A stretch of DNA of 64,000 nucleotides, from the NCBI GenBank assembly GCA_036867785.1, contig CP145414.1, forward strand, positions 1,240,001-1,304,000, read 5' to 3'. The notes beneath the pieces are model-generated. The model did no database searches, was not told the origin of the DNA, and saw nothing but the letters and a program-made list of their open reading frames with translations. Source of the stretch: Plasmodiophora brassicae (taxonomy: Eukaryota). Below, piece after piece: positions 42,059 through 55,350 of this stretch. Each line of letters opens with the position of its first letter. Within the stretch, counting starts at the first letter, position 1. The position numbers were made by a program, and so were the translations under genes.

Positions 42059-43530
42059 ATGATGCGTCAGGTGGGTCGTGCCGAAGTTGCTCTGGGCGTG
42101 CTGTGGGCGACGCGTGCCGCGCTGGCCGTGTTCTCCACCGGGTTTGTGCATCCGGACGAATGGTTCCAGTCCGTCGAGGTCCTGATGGGCGGCGTACGGT
42201 CGTGGGAGTTCTCGTCGGACGCCCCGATCCGGTCGGTGGTGACCCCCGTCGTCGTATGTGCCGTCCCTTTGCTGGGGCGCCTGTTCGGAATCGAACTGTA
42301 TGGCAAACAGCTGTTTTATTCCATCCGTCTCACCATGCTGGCGTATTCGTTCGTCTTGGACTACGTTCTGTACCGGGTGTGCCGGGCGACGGGCCGCCCT
42401 CCTATCCCATATCTCATCTCGTTCGCCATGCTCTGGCCCGTTCTCGTCATTCAGATTCGTCCCTTCTCCAACTCAGTCGAGGCGATCTACCTCGGTTTTG
42501 CTCTGCTGGAGGCGATCCGTGGCCAATCGCCTGCGCTGTTCGGCTGCGCTTGTGCCGCTGGCATATTCAGTCGCATTACGTTTCCTGCGTTCGCGCTCCC
42601 TTCTGGTCTGTACCTTTTGTACCGATGGCGTCGTAGTCATGCGAACGTGGCCGTTGCTGCGTTCGCATTTGTAACGACTGTCATCGTTCACGTCGTGGCC
42701 GACTCCCTGTTCTTCGGAACGCTGACGTTGGAGCATGGGTGGCAGTCATCCACGTTGACGATATTGAACAACCTGAAGTACAACAGCAAGACCGAGAATT
42801 TGGCTCACCATGGGCTGCATCCACGTTGGACGCATGCTGTTGTCAATTTGCCATTGCTGTTCGGGCCCGCGGTCCTCCTGGGTGCCGGCTATGCAGTACG
42901 AAGAAGGCAGAAAGGCGGAGATGCACTCAGGACACTTGCGTTAGGGACGATCGTGAGTGGCACCATCGTGCTGTCAATATTCCCGCATCAAGAGCCGCGT
43001 TTCCTGCTTCCTCTGTCTGTTCCCGTCGCGATCCTCCTGGGAGACTTTCACGCTTCGATTGGCAAGTATTCGAAGGCCTTGATTGTCATCCATACCGTCA
43101 TCCTGACCGTTCTGTTTGGTGTCCTACACCAATCGGGAATTGTCCGCGTCTTGGTCGACAGCGGAAAGTGGGCGACTTGGTCCCAGGATAATTACAACGT
43201 ATCGAGGCCCGTCCTGACATTCTCGCGAACTTACATGCCACCGACCTGCCTGGCGGCGCCTTTCGCTACGGTTGAAGACGGTAAGTGGAGCCACCGTCAC
43301 TAACGATTGCGACAGTGCTCAGTCCTTCCGTAGTACGTGATATGCGAATCGATGAGGTTTTCAGGCATGTTCCCGAGTGCGGAATGTTGGCGCTGCCGGC
43401 ATCCGTCGCCACACCACCTGCAACATCGTATTCGCTGCTTGGCACCTACTGGGGTCACCTATCAACGGAGGACCTGCCTGCTTCTGCTCGGCAAGTTGCT
43501 CTCAACCTGTACGCTAAGAAATGTAGGTAA
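42059..43530 (+). CDS. PIGZ: GPI mannosyltransferase 4 (PIG-Z/Smp3)
   Basis: GFVHPDEWFQS, SWEF...PIRS, RPFSNSVE, NNLKYN...NLAHHGLHPRWTH, PHQEPRFLLP. Confidence 0.9.
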
Positions 43531-43778
43531 ACGCGACGAAGGTAGCGGGGTCGTTGGGACAGTCTCACGTAGAATACTTGCCGTCGAACAGTTGGACTCG
43601 TACTGATTCTCGAGGCGCACGGTGCGTTCAGTGTCGGCACAGCAGAGATCCCCCTGTGACCGGTTCCTGGTACGCACCGGGTACTTCGCCTCCTTGCGAT
43701 CACGGGCGGGGGGATCTGTGCTCAGTAATTGGGCGTTAGGCGTCGTCTGTACACACACTGGTGTATACGCCGGAGTTC

Positions 43779-46105
43779 ATGAGGATGCTGTCGGCATCAT
43801 CATTGTCGGCGTCGTCAGCGTTACTCGGGTCGGCACGACAGCAGGCAGCCAGTAGTACTGCCGTCGCAGATAACGAGGTCGCGCCTCACCATTTCACGGT
43901 CGCCATTCGTGTACGCCCGCCTGTCCCCCGCGAGCTAAACGGCCCTCGCCCATACCGAAGCATTGTCCAACTCGACAGGTACACGGTATTAGCTCTGTGG
44001 TACGGCTTCCTGCCTGACTTGTGTCGCTTCAGTGGCCGCCGCCAGATCTGTCTTCTCGAGGAGGCGTACGACGACACGGTCGTCTCCAAGCAGGTGTTCA
44101 CGTTCGATAACGTATTCGGGCCCGATGATGCTCAGGCGGACGTGTACGAGGGCACCGCCAAGGCGGCCGTTATGCGGACCCTTCAGGGATACAATGCCAG
44201 CGTCCTAGCCTATGGCCAGACAGGCACAGGCAAGACTTGGTCCATGGAGGGCGACACGCTTCTATCGAACGACCGGGACTCGAAGCATCGCGGCATCATC
44301 TCTCGTGCCACCCACCAGCTGTTTTCCTGTAGGAAACGTGTCTGATAGGTGACCGCGCCCTGACGCTCGTTCGTGCATAGACATTGAGGAGAACGCGAAC
44401 GGGAGCGGGTCGCAGTTCACCGTTCGCGCCAGCTACCTGCAGATCTACAATGAAGTCATCAAAGATCTGCTAGCCCCGTCGCGCGCTCCATTGCCGATTC
44501 GTGAAGATAAGAAAAAGGGGCTCTTCGTGGATGGGTTATCCGAATGGGTGGTCGCGTCGCCCAACGACGTCTACGGTCCGTCCCCGTTCCTGTATGACGA
44601 TCGGTGGCTTCCCTAACGACCCCTCAGATCTCATGAGGAGGGGCGCTGCAAGCCGGGCGACGAGCGCGACTCGGATCAATGCGATTTCGTCGAGATCGCA
44701 TGCCGTGTTCACGATTACCGTTGAACAGCTCGACCTGGACCAGTCCCGCAAGGGTGTGTCCATTGTCTCAGGCCTGTTGATGCATTGGACGCTGACGTTT
44801 TCTTGCAGTCGGTAAGCTAAACTTGATCGACCTCGCCGGATCGGAACGGGTTGGCATATCCGGATCCACTGGTCAACGACTGGAAGAATCGAAGAAGATC
44901 AATCAGTCACTATCAGCATTGGGCAACGTCATCTCAGCGCTAACCAGCAAGCAGCGCACCCACATACCGTATAGGGTTGGATATCACCTCTCGGGTCAGC
45001 GACGCCCTGTTCTAACGTCACGACATCCAGGATTCGAAGCTGACACGCATCCTCGAGGACTCGCTAGGCGGAAACTGCTGCACGACGAGTACGCTGGCCA
45101 TTGTTACGCCCGTTCTGTGATGGCAATTGTCACTTACCTGCGACGTCTGTAGTGCTGGCGTGCATCTCGCCTGCCTTGGATGCGTTCAGCGAATCGCTGT
45201 CCACGTTACAGTTTGCGAACCGCGCCAAGAACATCAGGAACCAGCCGTGTGTCAATGAGAACCTGGACGAGAAGGCGCTACTGAAGCGCTACGAGCGCGA
45301 GCTGTGCCGGTTGCGTCTGGAGCTCTCGAGTCGGTCGGCATCAAAACTGGTCAGCGATGTTCGGGAGCAACGCCGCGAGGCGGAACGCGACCAGCAAGCG
45401 ACCCAGGCCGACCTGGAACGGTTGCAGGCGTCGCTGGCGTCAGCGGATCGGGACCGTCGTGCGATGGAAGGACGTCTGCAATCGCTGACAGCGGCCAGTG
45501 ACGAGGGCGTCACGTCGATATCCAACGAGGAACAGATCGTCAGGTACCAGCAGCTTCTCATCAAGCAGCGCGACATCATGATCCAGCTGACGAATCGATT
45601 GAACGATCGGGACTCTGCGGTACGTTGTACCCGTCTTGCAAAGGCGTCGTTGCTGATGCCGCGGTGGAGATTCTGTCGTTGCAGGTCGAATTACAGAAAT
45701 ACGATAAGGAGCATCGGGCGATAGAGAACGCGTTGGACCAGAAGACGACGAACGTGAGGAGGCTGCAAGAGAACGCGTCGACGCCGCTGGTGGAGATGCT
45801 GAGGGCGGAGAACGCCATGCTCCGGAAACGCTGCGAGGAGAACGCAATGGTTGCCGAGAAGCTGGCGATACACCTAAAGGAACGCGCGGCGCTTCGCGTC
45901 ATCCTCGAGTCCAAGATCGCCTACCTTGTGGACCGGATTGACGAGGGTGTCAACAATGACTCCACAGACACGCCTGCCGGGTACAGTATTCTAGTTGGAT
46001 GAGGTGCGTATCTATGTCCGATGCTAACGTGCTCTGTGAAGGACCAGACGCGAAGTCCGGATTCTGAAACGTCTCGTGCATGCCGCAGTTGCAGCGATAA
46101 AGTAG
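43779..46105 (+). CDS. Kinesin motor protein with coiled-coil tail, multi-exon
   Basis: [66 protein letters not shown]. Confidence 0.95.
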
Positions 46106-46868
46106 GACTGGATGGTCAGCAGTTCGCAGCACGACTCACCGTTCGTTTAGGCATTCTGATCTGGTGAACCAGACGGACGCATCTGACAAGTCGACTGCGG
46201 GGAACGGGTTCACGTCGGAACAGCCCGCGTCCCCGTAGCCAAGTATCCAGCCACATACACTCCTTTCGTCATGATCGCCCAATCGATTTGGATACGTTGA
46301 CGCTGTCCGCCAAACTTTGGCATCGCTTTCGCTATGACAGCCTTCGGGCACTTCTCCTTTTTGTCGACTTGCCCAGTGAACGCGCCTCTCTAGCCATCGA
46401 CGCACTGCTCAGTTGTCCCGTATTCGGCAACGGAGCGTTCCCGGCTGAGAACTTAATCTCCTCCAAGTACATGTCGTGCGTGATTGGGCACCAGCCGGCG
46501 CTTCGTGCTATTCAACGCTTCGATGCGAGTATTGACCCTGGCACCGTCCCTTCAATATGTTCCGTTGACGACTGGCCCATCAAAGTCTCGGTTTACCGCA
46601 ATCAGTGAACCGCGTCCGATTCACGGTACCTAGACTATGCTCAGCGGTTGAGACAGATTCCGTCGACATTCTGATGGCAGCATTGGAAGCGTTTCACGTT
46701 GATCAGAGGCCCTGGTTCATTCGTTTCCATTCATGTATGCATTGAAAGAGGACATGGTGCATGGCTTCCTCGTTGATATCCGCCGTATAAGTGTACTGTA
46801 CCTGGTAAATGCGGGTTCAATGCAGGACTGCCGGCGCGCAGAAGATGTGCCCACTGCGTGACCTTCGA

Positions 46869-46994
46869 CATGACCCAGAAGAACTACATGACCCAGAGGA
46901 ACTACATGACCCAGAGGAATTACATGACCCAGAGGAAATACATGACCCAGAGGAAATACATGACCCAGAGGAACTACATGACCTAGAGGAACTA
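46869..46994 (+). repeat. 18-bp tandem repeat x7 (CATGACCCAGAGGAA(C/A/T)TA; HDPEEL/I if coding)
   Basis: Seven near-identical adjacent units. Confidence 0.95.
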
Positions 46995-48698
46995 CACGCT
47001 TATCTTGCCGCCGAATTGCGTTGACTTGTTGTTGAAAGCACCCCTCCCAGTAGGATTTCCGAACCTTTCATGATGCAAAACTTCGCACGAGTGGAGGGTA
47101 TTCTGGCTTGACAAGGCGTGTCGTGGAGGACGCGTGCGCCTTGTGGAGTTCATGCTTGGGCATCGATACTGGACAGACGTCGTCCCATCAGACGACTTGA
47201 TTACTTTTGCCGCTCGTGGCTAGGAACTGTACTCATTGACAGGCCCTGACGAAGGCCCAGTGGGAGAGAAGAGGCGTCCGATTGTTCAATACGACGATGT
47301 CATTCAGGACGGGGATCCCGTCCTGACCTATTTCCGTCTCATTGTCCAGCACCGCCTTCGAACTTCTGCAAGGTCAGCAGGACCGCGGTGAATTCCGCGA
47401 TTTCATTTTGGACATGTCGACTGATCCTGGCCTCCATCCGAAAGCTCGTCGTATTGCCGACGAAGCAGCGCAGTCCCTTTTCCGCTGATATTCCTCGTAC
47501 TCTAACACTAGGCCCTAGCGCAAGTGTTGACCCCTATTTTAATGTCTACGGACAGTTATTCACGAACGTTCGTGGAAAAACTGCTGACATTCATTCGATT
47601 CCGAGGTCAAGAGATTCCACTCGTACAAAGACGTGCAGCCTTTGTGCACAGTCGCGAACGGTTTCCAAAACTTTTACCAGAAAGGATCACCTGATCTGAA
47701 CAGTGGTATGCAGGTCCAGCGGCGGAGGACGTTAGAATTCCTCAGACGCACGAACAGTAAGGACATCATATATGTCGTGCTTCGAACAGTAGTAGATCCT
47801 GGGCGTGCCAACTTGACTGCCTACATAACCGTTATCCGTGACCAGCACCTTCCCGTCTCTCAGTTTCAGCCACTGATAGGTACGCGGACTGTCGGGAAAG
47901 CAAAAGCCATTGAAACTCTCCCACAGAAACCTGAACGCAGCACAGGTACCGCTCCTTTCCAGCAGCTGGTCGAAAGCACTGCTAAGGGAGGCGTCTCCGG
48001 CTTCAACCATTCTCGAACCCTCACAACACAGCAGTTCCTCTTCGCCCAGTTCATCGCATTCGCAGCAAAGCTCACAATCGCAGTCAGATACGTCGGCCAA
48101 CATCGCCCAGATGTGGCTGTTGGGAACTTTCTTGCTCTGATTCCCATGAGCGCTGTCCTTTGGTGCGGCGCCAGATTGCTCCGGCGAGTCTGGGCGCTCA
48201 GCGGTGGGGCGATCCATGTTGATAATGGCCAGTGCCGTGACGACTGCGGTGATGTCGGCCTCCTCAAGGACGTTACTCGGAACAACCGAACTGCAACTCG
48301 TGTGCGGTGAATGCGGACGGCGGCTGCGACCTCGGGCCGTGGCGGAGTGCGGGAATGGAAAGGAGGTCCCCTAATGTTCTCCGCGAACTTTCCACTAGCT
48401 GTCGTAGTCATTGGGGGATGGGTAGGACCAGATGACAGGTGTACGCCTGGTCTCCGTTACCAGGGGTTGATTGCAAGATCGAGCCACCGTTAGCTGGGAG
48501 ATGCGGTAAATCTCCCATTTTGAGTGATACAACACTGACGCGACGTAGAACCTATAATTATAGAAGTACCACTTAACTTTGCAACGCATTGTACACTTGG
48601 AAGAGGTTCCGCAGTCAGATCCACCTGAACGCCTCTGAGAATGTCGCAATGGGAATTCAGGCAGCGGGCAGCCTCTTGGCGCCCATTTCATGCATTGA

Positions 48699-49870
48699 AT
48701 GAATGGCTTCGAAGCTCTGCAACATCAAGGTCTCGCATTTCAACCCGTCGCTGACGAAGTACAACGACAACGCCAATATTGTCGAGGTCTAGGTGTACGC
48801 TTTAAGGGCAAGGACGGCAGATACTACACCCGCATGATACGGGCGAACAACTCCCTGCCAGATCTGTGTCCGATTCGTCATCATCTTCTTGCATTATGCA
48901 AAGCCGGTATCAAGAGGGCCGGGGTACCTGTTCCGTGCGTCGCTCAACGATCGCAAGGTGCCGATGTCTTATGCTGCGCTCAACAGTCGTGTCCAACGGG
49001 TCTGCGGCGTCACCGTTCGTGATCGCGCGCGCGCGATGGTGTCTGGGGAACGCACAAATTAAAACGGGGTGCAGCTTCGCTGTCTGGGGCCAGGCCGAAA
49101 TGGGCCCGCTTGCGAAGTCGGCACGCCATAAGAATCCCAAGGATGCTGCCATGTATCTGCAGGATTCGGATACCCAGTTGGAGCTGGCCAAGTTCGACCC
49201 TGAAATGCGGGCAGTCATTGATTTGATGCTGCAGTGGCGCCCCATCCACATCGAGAATCTGTCCCAAGCTGCAGCTCGTGCTGGAAAAAGGCGCGACGAG
49301 TACATCGCAGCGAAGATCATCGTGGATCCAGCCACCAACTTGGGCCCTCTTGAACAACTGAACGAGCTGCTGGCGACGAACGTCGCTCCTAATGTTGCAG
49401 CGAAACTGCAGCGCATCGTCGGCAGACCTCTTCTGGATGCCGTGAATGGTCGAGCGCTTCGCGCAGATCAAATCCGGAGAAGACGGCAGCGATATACCAT
49501 ATGTTGCATCAGTTGGAGATCCACGCGAACCCGATAGAGAAGCGCGGGCGGCTAATTTACCAGATCGGCCAAGGCGCCGAGGCGGCGCGATCGACGCGCC
49601 TTCTCGATCGGAGCTCCGCAAGAAGGAGCTGACTGGCGCTGACCGGATCAAGGTCATTCTCGACATTGCCAGAGCTCGGCGGTGTTGAAACGTGCCAGCT
49701 AACCGAAGCGTGTCGAAATTTCAAGGTGACTAGTCTCGACCCGGCCGATCATCGGCTGTCTGAACAACCACTGCAATTCCTTGAGAAATGGAACCCGTTC
49801 CAGCATTCCCGGTTCGGCACAAAATGTTGCAAGGTACACAAGCTGTATGTCGATCCGCCCAAAATACGAC
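48699..49870 (+). mobile_element. Decayed Crypton-like tyrosine recombinase
   Basis: Frameshifted pieces: FKGKDG...PDLCPIRHHLL...GYLF...WGTH..KTGCSFAVWG...SARHKNPKDAAMY (catalytic H and Y), plus a C-terminal FLEKW...SRF..KCC segment; no RT or DDE motifs nearby. Confidence 0.7.
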
Positions 49871-50395
49871 CCGCAAACCACCTCTACCACCGCGATATGT
49901 CCGTACACGGTCACAGCAGGTGCGACACGTAATCCGCTGGTTGGATACAATACAATACGGATTACAGCGACCACATCCGCCCGCCGTAGACGCGACTCCA
50001 GAGTCCTGATGAACACTAACCCATGCTATTATTGCTTGTATCGTCGTGGATGGGAGATCGCAAAGCAGGTGCCTGTTAACCTTCAACGCCTCTGATGCTG
50101 AAGGTGGCTAACAGGGTCTTACGTTGCGACCTCCCATCCACCACCACCACAGGCAAATTATATCGTCACAGTGAACATCGTACCCACGATGTAGCTGCGA
50201 TGCTAGACGCACAACCCGATTGAGTTCATTTCTCGACAACGTCGACAAAACCACTGAGGTCTGAGGTCTGAGGTATGCGAGACGCCGAGACTGTATCAAT
50301 GGAAGTCCGTCGCGGACTCCGTCACGGCCTTGCCCTTGGCCAGATTGCGAGCACCGGGGACAGACGCCAGCTTCTGTGCGCCTGCGTAACACAAT

Positions 50396-51347
50396 ATGGC
50401 CGAAGAAGAATCGCAATGGGTTGTCGAGCCCATCGATGAAGCGGCTACACAAGCGGCCATTGAAGCGGAAAACGATAGTGACGCGTCTGTGGACGATGAT
50501 GATCGGGAGGATAACGGGAAGAAGCGGACAATGACAGCGAGGAAGAGAGCTCGACTTGAGAAGATGAACAAGGAAGCCAAGCGCAAACGGCATGCGCGGT
50601 TTACAAGGAATCCAATGCACGGCATGCAAACTGAGTCTTGCGAGCGCCAAGCAGAATCGCTGCAGGGCATGCTGTCGAGCGCCGCCTGCTCTCTCGACAC
50701 GCTCTCTGCTGCTGACTTCATATCGCCCAATGTTCTGCCCAAGGACCGTGCGATCAGCGACTCTGCGTTGGCTGTAAAGGCCATCCAGAAAGACTGGCGA
50801 AAGAAGCTCCTCGGCCCAGTTCATCCGTGCGCTGGCTCTCTGGGCGCTCCCGTCCTTCTTGTCGTGACATACGCGGCGACGCGCGCTGTTGATTTCGTCA
50901 GGTTGTTCCAGTACGGAATCTGTCTGTTGCTGTTCACTGACGCTCATTGTTGAAGAGCTTTGAAACCGTTGCAAAACAAGAAAGCGGCCATCGCGAAGCT
51001 CTTCGCGAAACACATCAAGGTCGACGAGCAGATCGCCGCCCTGAATGCTGACGTCCGCATTGCAGTCGGTACGCCCAATCGTCTGCTGCGGCTGTTTGAT
51101 GCTGGTGCGTTGAGCGCCTCATCGTTAGAGCATGTCGTTATCGACATGGGTCTGGTACGTTACGTTACGGTACCGGCGCCACTGCGTTGTATTCAGGCCC
51201 CTGACGCGTGTGCTGGTGCAGGATGCCAAGCAGATGAACCTGTTCGACATTGCTGCCGTCCGTGATGACTTCTTGGGCCTATTCTCAAAGTACCTGCACG
51301 CGAACCTGTTGTCGTGCGGAGGCAACATCCGCCTCTGCCTGTACTGA
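50396..51347 (+). CDS. CMSS1: CMS1/CMSS1 90S pre-ribosome factor, multi-exon
   Basis: APVLLVVT.AATRA...IAKLFAKHIKVDEQI..L...RIAVGTPNRL...VVID...DAKQMNLFDI. Confidence 0.88.
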
Positions 51348-51684
51348 TGGACCCCTTATATGCAGAACGATATTTAAGCGCATGCCCCGTTCGTTTGTTA
51401 CGAATCACAGCTTGATCTTGAGGTAGGCCAGAGAGGCAGCGAGGACGGCGGCCGTCCCGACGACCGACATATAGGTCGAATTGATCACTGAGACCGTGTT
51501 TCCTCCTCGGATCGCGCCACCGTTCGGCCCGGGTACTGACGCGGTCCCATCGCCGTCGACCTGGAAAACGGCGCCTGAGTCGATCCACGTCGCGACAGTC
51601 GACTGTTGCGCTCTTGTGACAGGAGTCGGCCCGTCCTAACCACAAACGTCCGACGTTGAGGTTATTCGAATCGGCAATTGCCCT

Positions 51685-51954
51685 CTAGGGTGGATTCACC
51701 TTGGACGATTTTGAGGAAACCCATTGCCACAGGGAGCTTGCTTGATGGTTGCCAGGTTGGACGATCTTCAATGACGGGGCATCCGGGGAGGTCACCCCGA
51801 CCATGTTCAGGTAGGCGGTAGCCGGATCGCTGGCGTTGACGAGCGCCGATATGATCGGCCACACATCACTCACGAACGTGACCATCGTGCTCTCCACGCA
51901 GGTCGCCCCAGCGACTAGGACCAGGACAGCAGCACATGCCCTCAGCAGCAGCAT
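51685..51954 (-). CDS. Putative small secreted protein (first exon; 3' end uncertain)
   Basis: MLLLRACAAVLVLVAGATC signal-peptide-like start. Confidence 0.4.
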   Translation of the reverse strand: MLLLRACAAVLVLVAGATCVESTMVTFVSDVWPIISALVNASDPATAYLNMVGVTSPDAPSLKIVQPGNHQASSLWQWVSSKSSKVNPP

Positions 51955-52298
51955 CACGGATTGGACTGTGGGGCCCTCACGCCGTCGCTGGGCGCCTGGC
52001 TGTTTCTGGATCCCCCACTCCGCTGGTCATTTCGCTGACCTGTACCGAACGTTCCAGAATTCTGCTGTCCAGTATGCCACGCCTGAACGCGCCTTCGGAC
52101 ACGGGGCGCACTGGCACTGCAGCGAACTGCTGCAGTGCCTGACTCTGGGCTGGCTGCCCGCGCACTGTCGGCGGGCGTGTCGCAGACCTGCAGTGCGGCA
52201 GTGCGGCGGGCAAAACGGACGGGCCGGGCAGGCGAACCGGCAAAAACGATGGGAAAAAGCGGACTCCCCCCCGGGGCCCATCCAGAATCAATTTCGGG

Positions 52299-53262
52299 AT
52301 GGCGACGGCGGCGTCTGAGGCGCTCGAGCAGTACCGCGGCGGGTTCAATTTCGACCTGTGCGGCAGGTCGGTGATGCCGGCGGGCTGTTGCTGGTCGTCC
52401 TGGTGCTGATCGTGCCCGGTGCTGTGTGTGCAGGAATGCCATGCTGGCGGCGTCCGCGTCGGGGCCGGCGCTGCCGAAAATGAAGAAGACGGGAACGACG
52501 ATCGTCGGCGTCTGCTTCAAGGGCGGCGTCGTCCTGGGGGCTGACACGCGTGCCACCGAAGGGCCCATTGTTTGCGATAAGAACTGCAAGAAGATCCACT
52601 ACATCGCCGACAACATCGTAAGGGCCGCCCCACTCGTCTGTACCCGTTTCCGTTTGCTGAGCCGCCTCGCCTCTCGACAGTTCTGCTGTGGAGCCGGTAC
52701 GGCCGCCGACACCGAGAACGTGACGCGAATGGTGTCGTCGCAGCTGGAGTTACATCGCCTGGACACGGGCAAGCAGGTCCGCGTCGTGACCGCGCTGACG
52801 CGTCTCAAGCAGCACTTGTTCCGGTACCAGGGCCACGTCAGCGCCGCGCTCGTCCTCGGTGGTGTCGACTGCACCGGGAGTTACCTGTACACCGTCTACC
52901 CGCACGGTAGCACTGATAAGCTGCCGTACGTGACCATGGGGTCAGGGTCGCTGGCCGCCATGGCCATGTTCGAGTCGGGCTACAAGGACGATATGACGGA
53001 GGCGGAGGCGATCGGCCTCGTCGAGAAGGCCATCGAGAGCGGCATCTTCAACGACCTCGGGTCCGGGTCGAACGTCGACGTCCTCGTGCTGACGCGCGAT
53101 GGCGGCCGCGACCTGCGCAACTACAAGAAGCCGAACGAGCGCGCGTTCGAGCGGCGACAGTACCTGTTCCCGAAGGGATCCACCGAGTACCTGTCCGAAA
53201 TCAAGGAGACGTTCAAGAAGGTCGTCCAGGTCGACGACGACGTCGCCATGACGGACGCCTAG
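52299..53262 (+). CDS. PSMB7: Proteasome subunit beta type-7 (beta2/Pup1), 2 introns
   Basis: GFNFDLC.RN propeptide; KTGTTIVG...[42 protein letters not shown]. Confidence 0.98.
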
Positions 53263-53370
53263 TCGTCGTCGCGGCGGCCGCACACGTACGATATAGTCAC
53301 CCGCGGTCGACGAGGCCTGCTCCGCGTACCCTGGGGCTGTGTATCTACCTGTGGGCGTCCTAGTCGTGGC

Positions 53371-54333
53371 TCAGAACCGTCTCGCGTTGCCGTGCGGGTC
53401 GTCGATGAACGGGTGCACGTCGGCGGCGATCCCCCTGGACGGCATGGCCGCCTGTGGTGGGCGTCGCTGCTGGTGCAGGGCCATCATGGCGGCCGCCTTC
53501 GGGGACAGGCGTCTCCTCGGCTTCGAGATGGCGTGCCTGTTCAGCAGCAGCGTTCGCGACGACGGGTCCGACGCCGCCCGTAGGTCGTCGACGATCCGGA
53601 CGATGCGCATGACGATGTCCTTGGCGATGTTCCAGCGTTCCGGGTTGAACAGGGCGCGCACGGCCCGGATCTCGACGTCGGTGGCCTCGGGCGTGTCGGC
53701 CAGCCAGTTGGCGCAGCCGGCGTCGAGGTCCTCGACCCGACACACGTGGTCGTAGGCGCTGGCGACCGCCACCATCTGCGCCACCGACAACGAATTCACG
53801 ATGTGGTCCTGGTGGTCCCTGTCGCTCGACGCAGGCCCCGCCGCGTTGCCGTCGGCGTGTGCGTTCTTCGGCTTGGCGTACCCCTCCGACACGAGTAGCG
53901 CCTTGACGACGCCGCCGGACGCGTTCGACGTGAGGGGGCGGGCGGCGGGCGGCGTTGGCGGTGCGACGTCGTCCATGGGGGCGAACATCGGCTCGGGGAC
54001 GGTGTCGAACTGGATCGTTGGTGCAGTGGCCTGCAGGAACGAGATGTGGGTGGCGGTCGGCTTCGCCGTCATGTCGAGCGGGTTGGCCAGGACCGGGATC
54101 ATCGATTCCGACTGGACCAGGGCGTCCCAGTCGGTGGCCTGGAACCCGCCGCTCGTGCTGGTCAGCAGGTCAATGTCCAGGTCGGCGGTGGGGTTCTGCG
54201 TGACGTCGTGGCCGACGAGGCCGCCCAGCATCGGGACGGGCGCCGACTCCAGCTCGGTCAGGCTGTCGGTGAAGCACACATCCTCGAACGTCGGCGCCGT
54301 GCTGTTCACCGCGGCGTACGTCGTGTGGAACAT
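53371..54333 (-). CDS. Hypothetical protein (320 aa), acidic low-complexity N-terminus and basic C-terminus
   Basis: Single long ORF with strong GC3 bias; no recognised family. Confidence 0.65.
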   Translation of the reverse strand: MFHTTYAAVNSTAPTFEDVCFTDSLTELESAPVPMLGGLVGHDVTQNPTADLDIDLLTSTSGGFQATDWDALVQSESMIPVLANPLDMTAKPTATHISFLQATAPTIQFDTVPEPMFAPMDDVAPPTPPAARPLTSNASGGVVKALLVSEGYAKPKNAHADGNAAGPASSDRDHQDHIVNSLSVAQMVAVASAYDHVCRVEDLDAGCANWLADTPEATDVEIRAVRALFNPERWNIAKDIVMRIVRIVDDLRAASDPSSRTLLLNRHAISKPRRRLSPKAAAMMALHQQRRPPQAAMPSRGIAADVHPFIDDPHGNARRF

Positions 54334-54579
54334 TCGCGCGCGTCGTCGCTCTCAGACGCAGACGTTCGCACTGGCGTTGTCAGATGACGCACGACCCTGG
54401 CATGCATGCGGCACGCGCCATATCCCATCAATCGTCGTCCTCGTCGGTACGCCCGGTCCCCGGAACGAGGCAGCCAGATTGTCGCGCGTGTGCTTCGTTC
54501 GAGTTCACACTACGAACGCAGAGACGCGCGCGACGTAGTACGAAGTACGATCGATCGTCACAGCGAGGCGTGTGTGGCC

Positions 54580-55311
54580 ATGGAGGAGGGCGCCGACAGG
54601 ACCAACCAGGGTGGTGGGCAGGAACAGCAGGGAGCCGCCCTGGAGAGGAGCAGCCTGCTGGATCTGGTCCGGGACGGCATTCGCAGGCAGAACGAGTCGC
54701 GGGTGGCCCGCATCGTCCTGGTCGGCGAGTTGGCCTCCAGCAACGACGTGCCGGCGTTCGTCAACGCCAGCGGCGACGTGAAGGCGAAGGTCGACGGGAA
54801 GCTGACGGGGATTGCGTTCGTCGTCAACAAGGCGGCCTTCGTTGTCCTGATCGAAGGGGTCTGGGGCCACCTGGTCGAGTACATGCGCGGGTTGATGGCC
54901 GCCAACACGTCCGGGAAGTTTCTGGGGCTGACGCGCGTGCTGACCTCCGTCGAGGACGTCGAGCGCATGTTCCCGATCTGGGACCTGCGCCTGAAACGCG
55001 TGCCCAAGGCCGAACAGGCCGACTTCTCGTCCGACAACCTGGAGCAGACGGCGTTCGAAACGGTCAAGCTCCTGCTTCAGTTGGGGCAGGCGCTCAGCAG
55101 CTTGAACAAGGCGAAGTGCGCCGAGTTCCTGGATTCGCAGAAGCGGGAGGTGACGGGCAGTGTGCCCACATCGGAATTGCTGACCTTCTACGCCCACCAT
55201 CCGCGCCTGTTCTCCATGGAGGAGTACCTGCACATCTTCTACTACAAGCCCGTCCAGATTGAGCTCGACAGCGATCGCGTGTACCCGATGGAGGGCGCCC
55301 TGGAATTCTAA
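54580..55311 (+). CDS. TEX47-like (BLUF-like fold) putative flagellar protein
   Basis: RSSLLD...RIVLV...LTGIA...VLIEG...RVLTSVEDVERMF..W...P..IELDSDRVYP pattern (family recognised from memory). Confidence 0.55.
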   Translation: MEEGADRTNQGGGQEQQGAALERSSLLDLVRDGIRRQNESRVARIVLVGELASSNDVPAFVNASGDVKAKVDGKLTGIAFVVNKAAFVVLIEGVWGHLVEYMRGLMAANTSGKFLGLTRVLTSVEDVERMFPIWDLRLKRVPKAEQADFSSDNLEQTAFETVKLLLQLGQALSSLNKAKCAEFLDSQKREVTGSVPTSELLTFYAHHPRLFSMEEYLHIFYYKPVQIELDSDRVYPMEGALEF

Positions 55312-55350
55312 ACTCCACCTAGCATGATAACAGTCGGCATGTCCAGGCGT

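Noticed and set aside
46869-46994. Possible CRISPR-like array
   Set aside because: Units are adjacent with no unique spacers, there are no cas genes, and the context is eukaryotic
36284-53262. Apparent functional clustering of proteasome subunits, and of trafficking genes across the window
   Set aside because: Separated by many unrelated genes; compatible with chance in a compact genome
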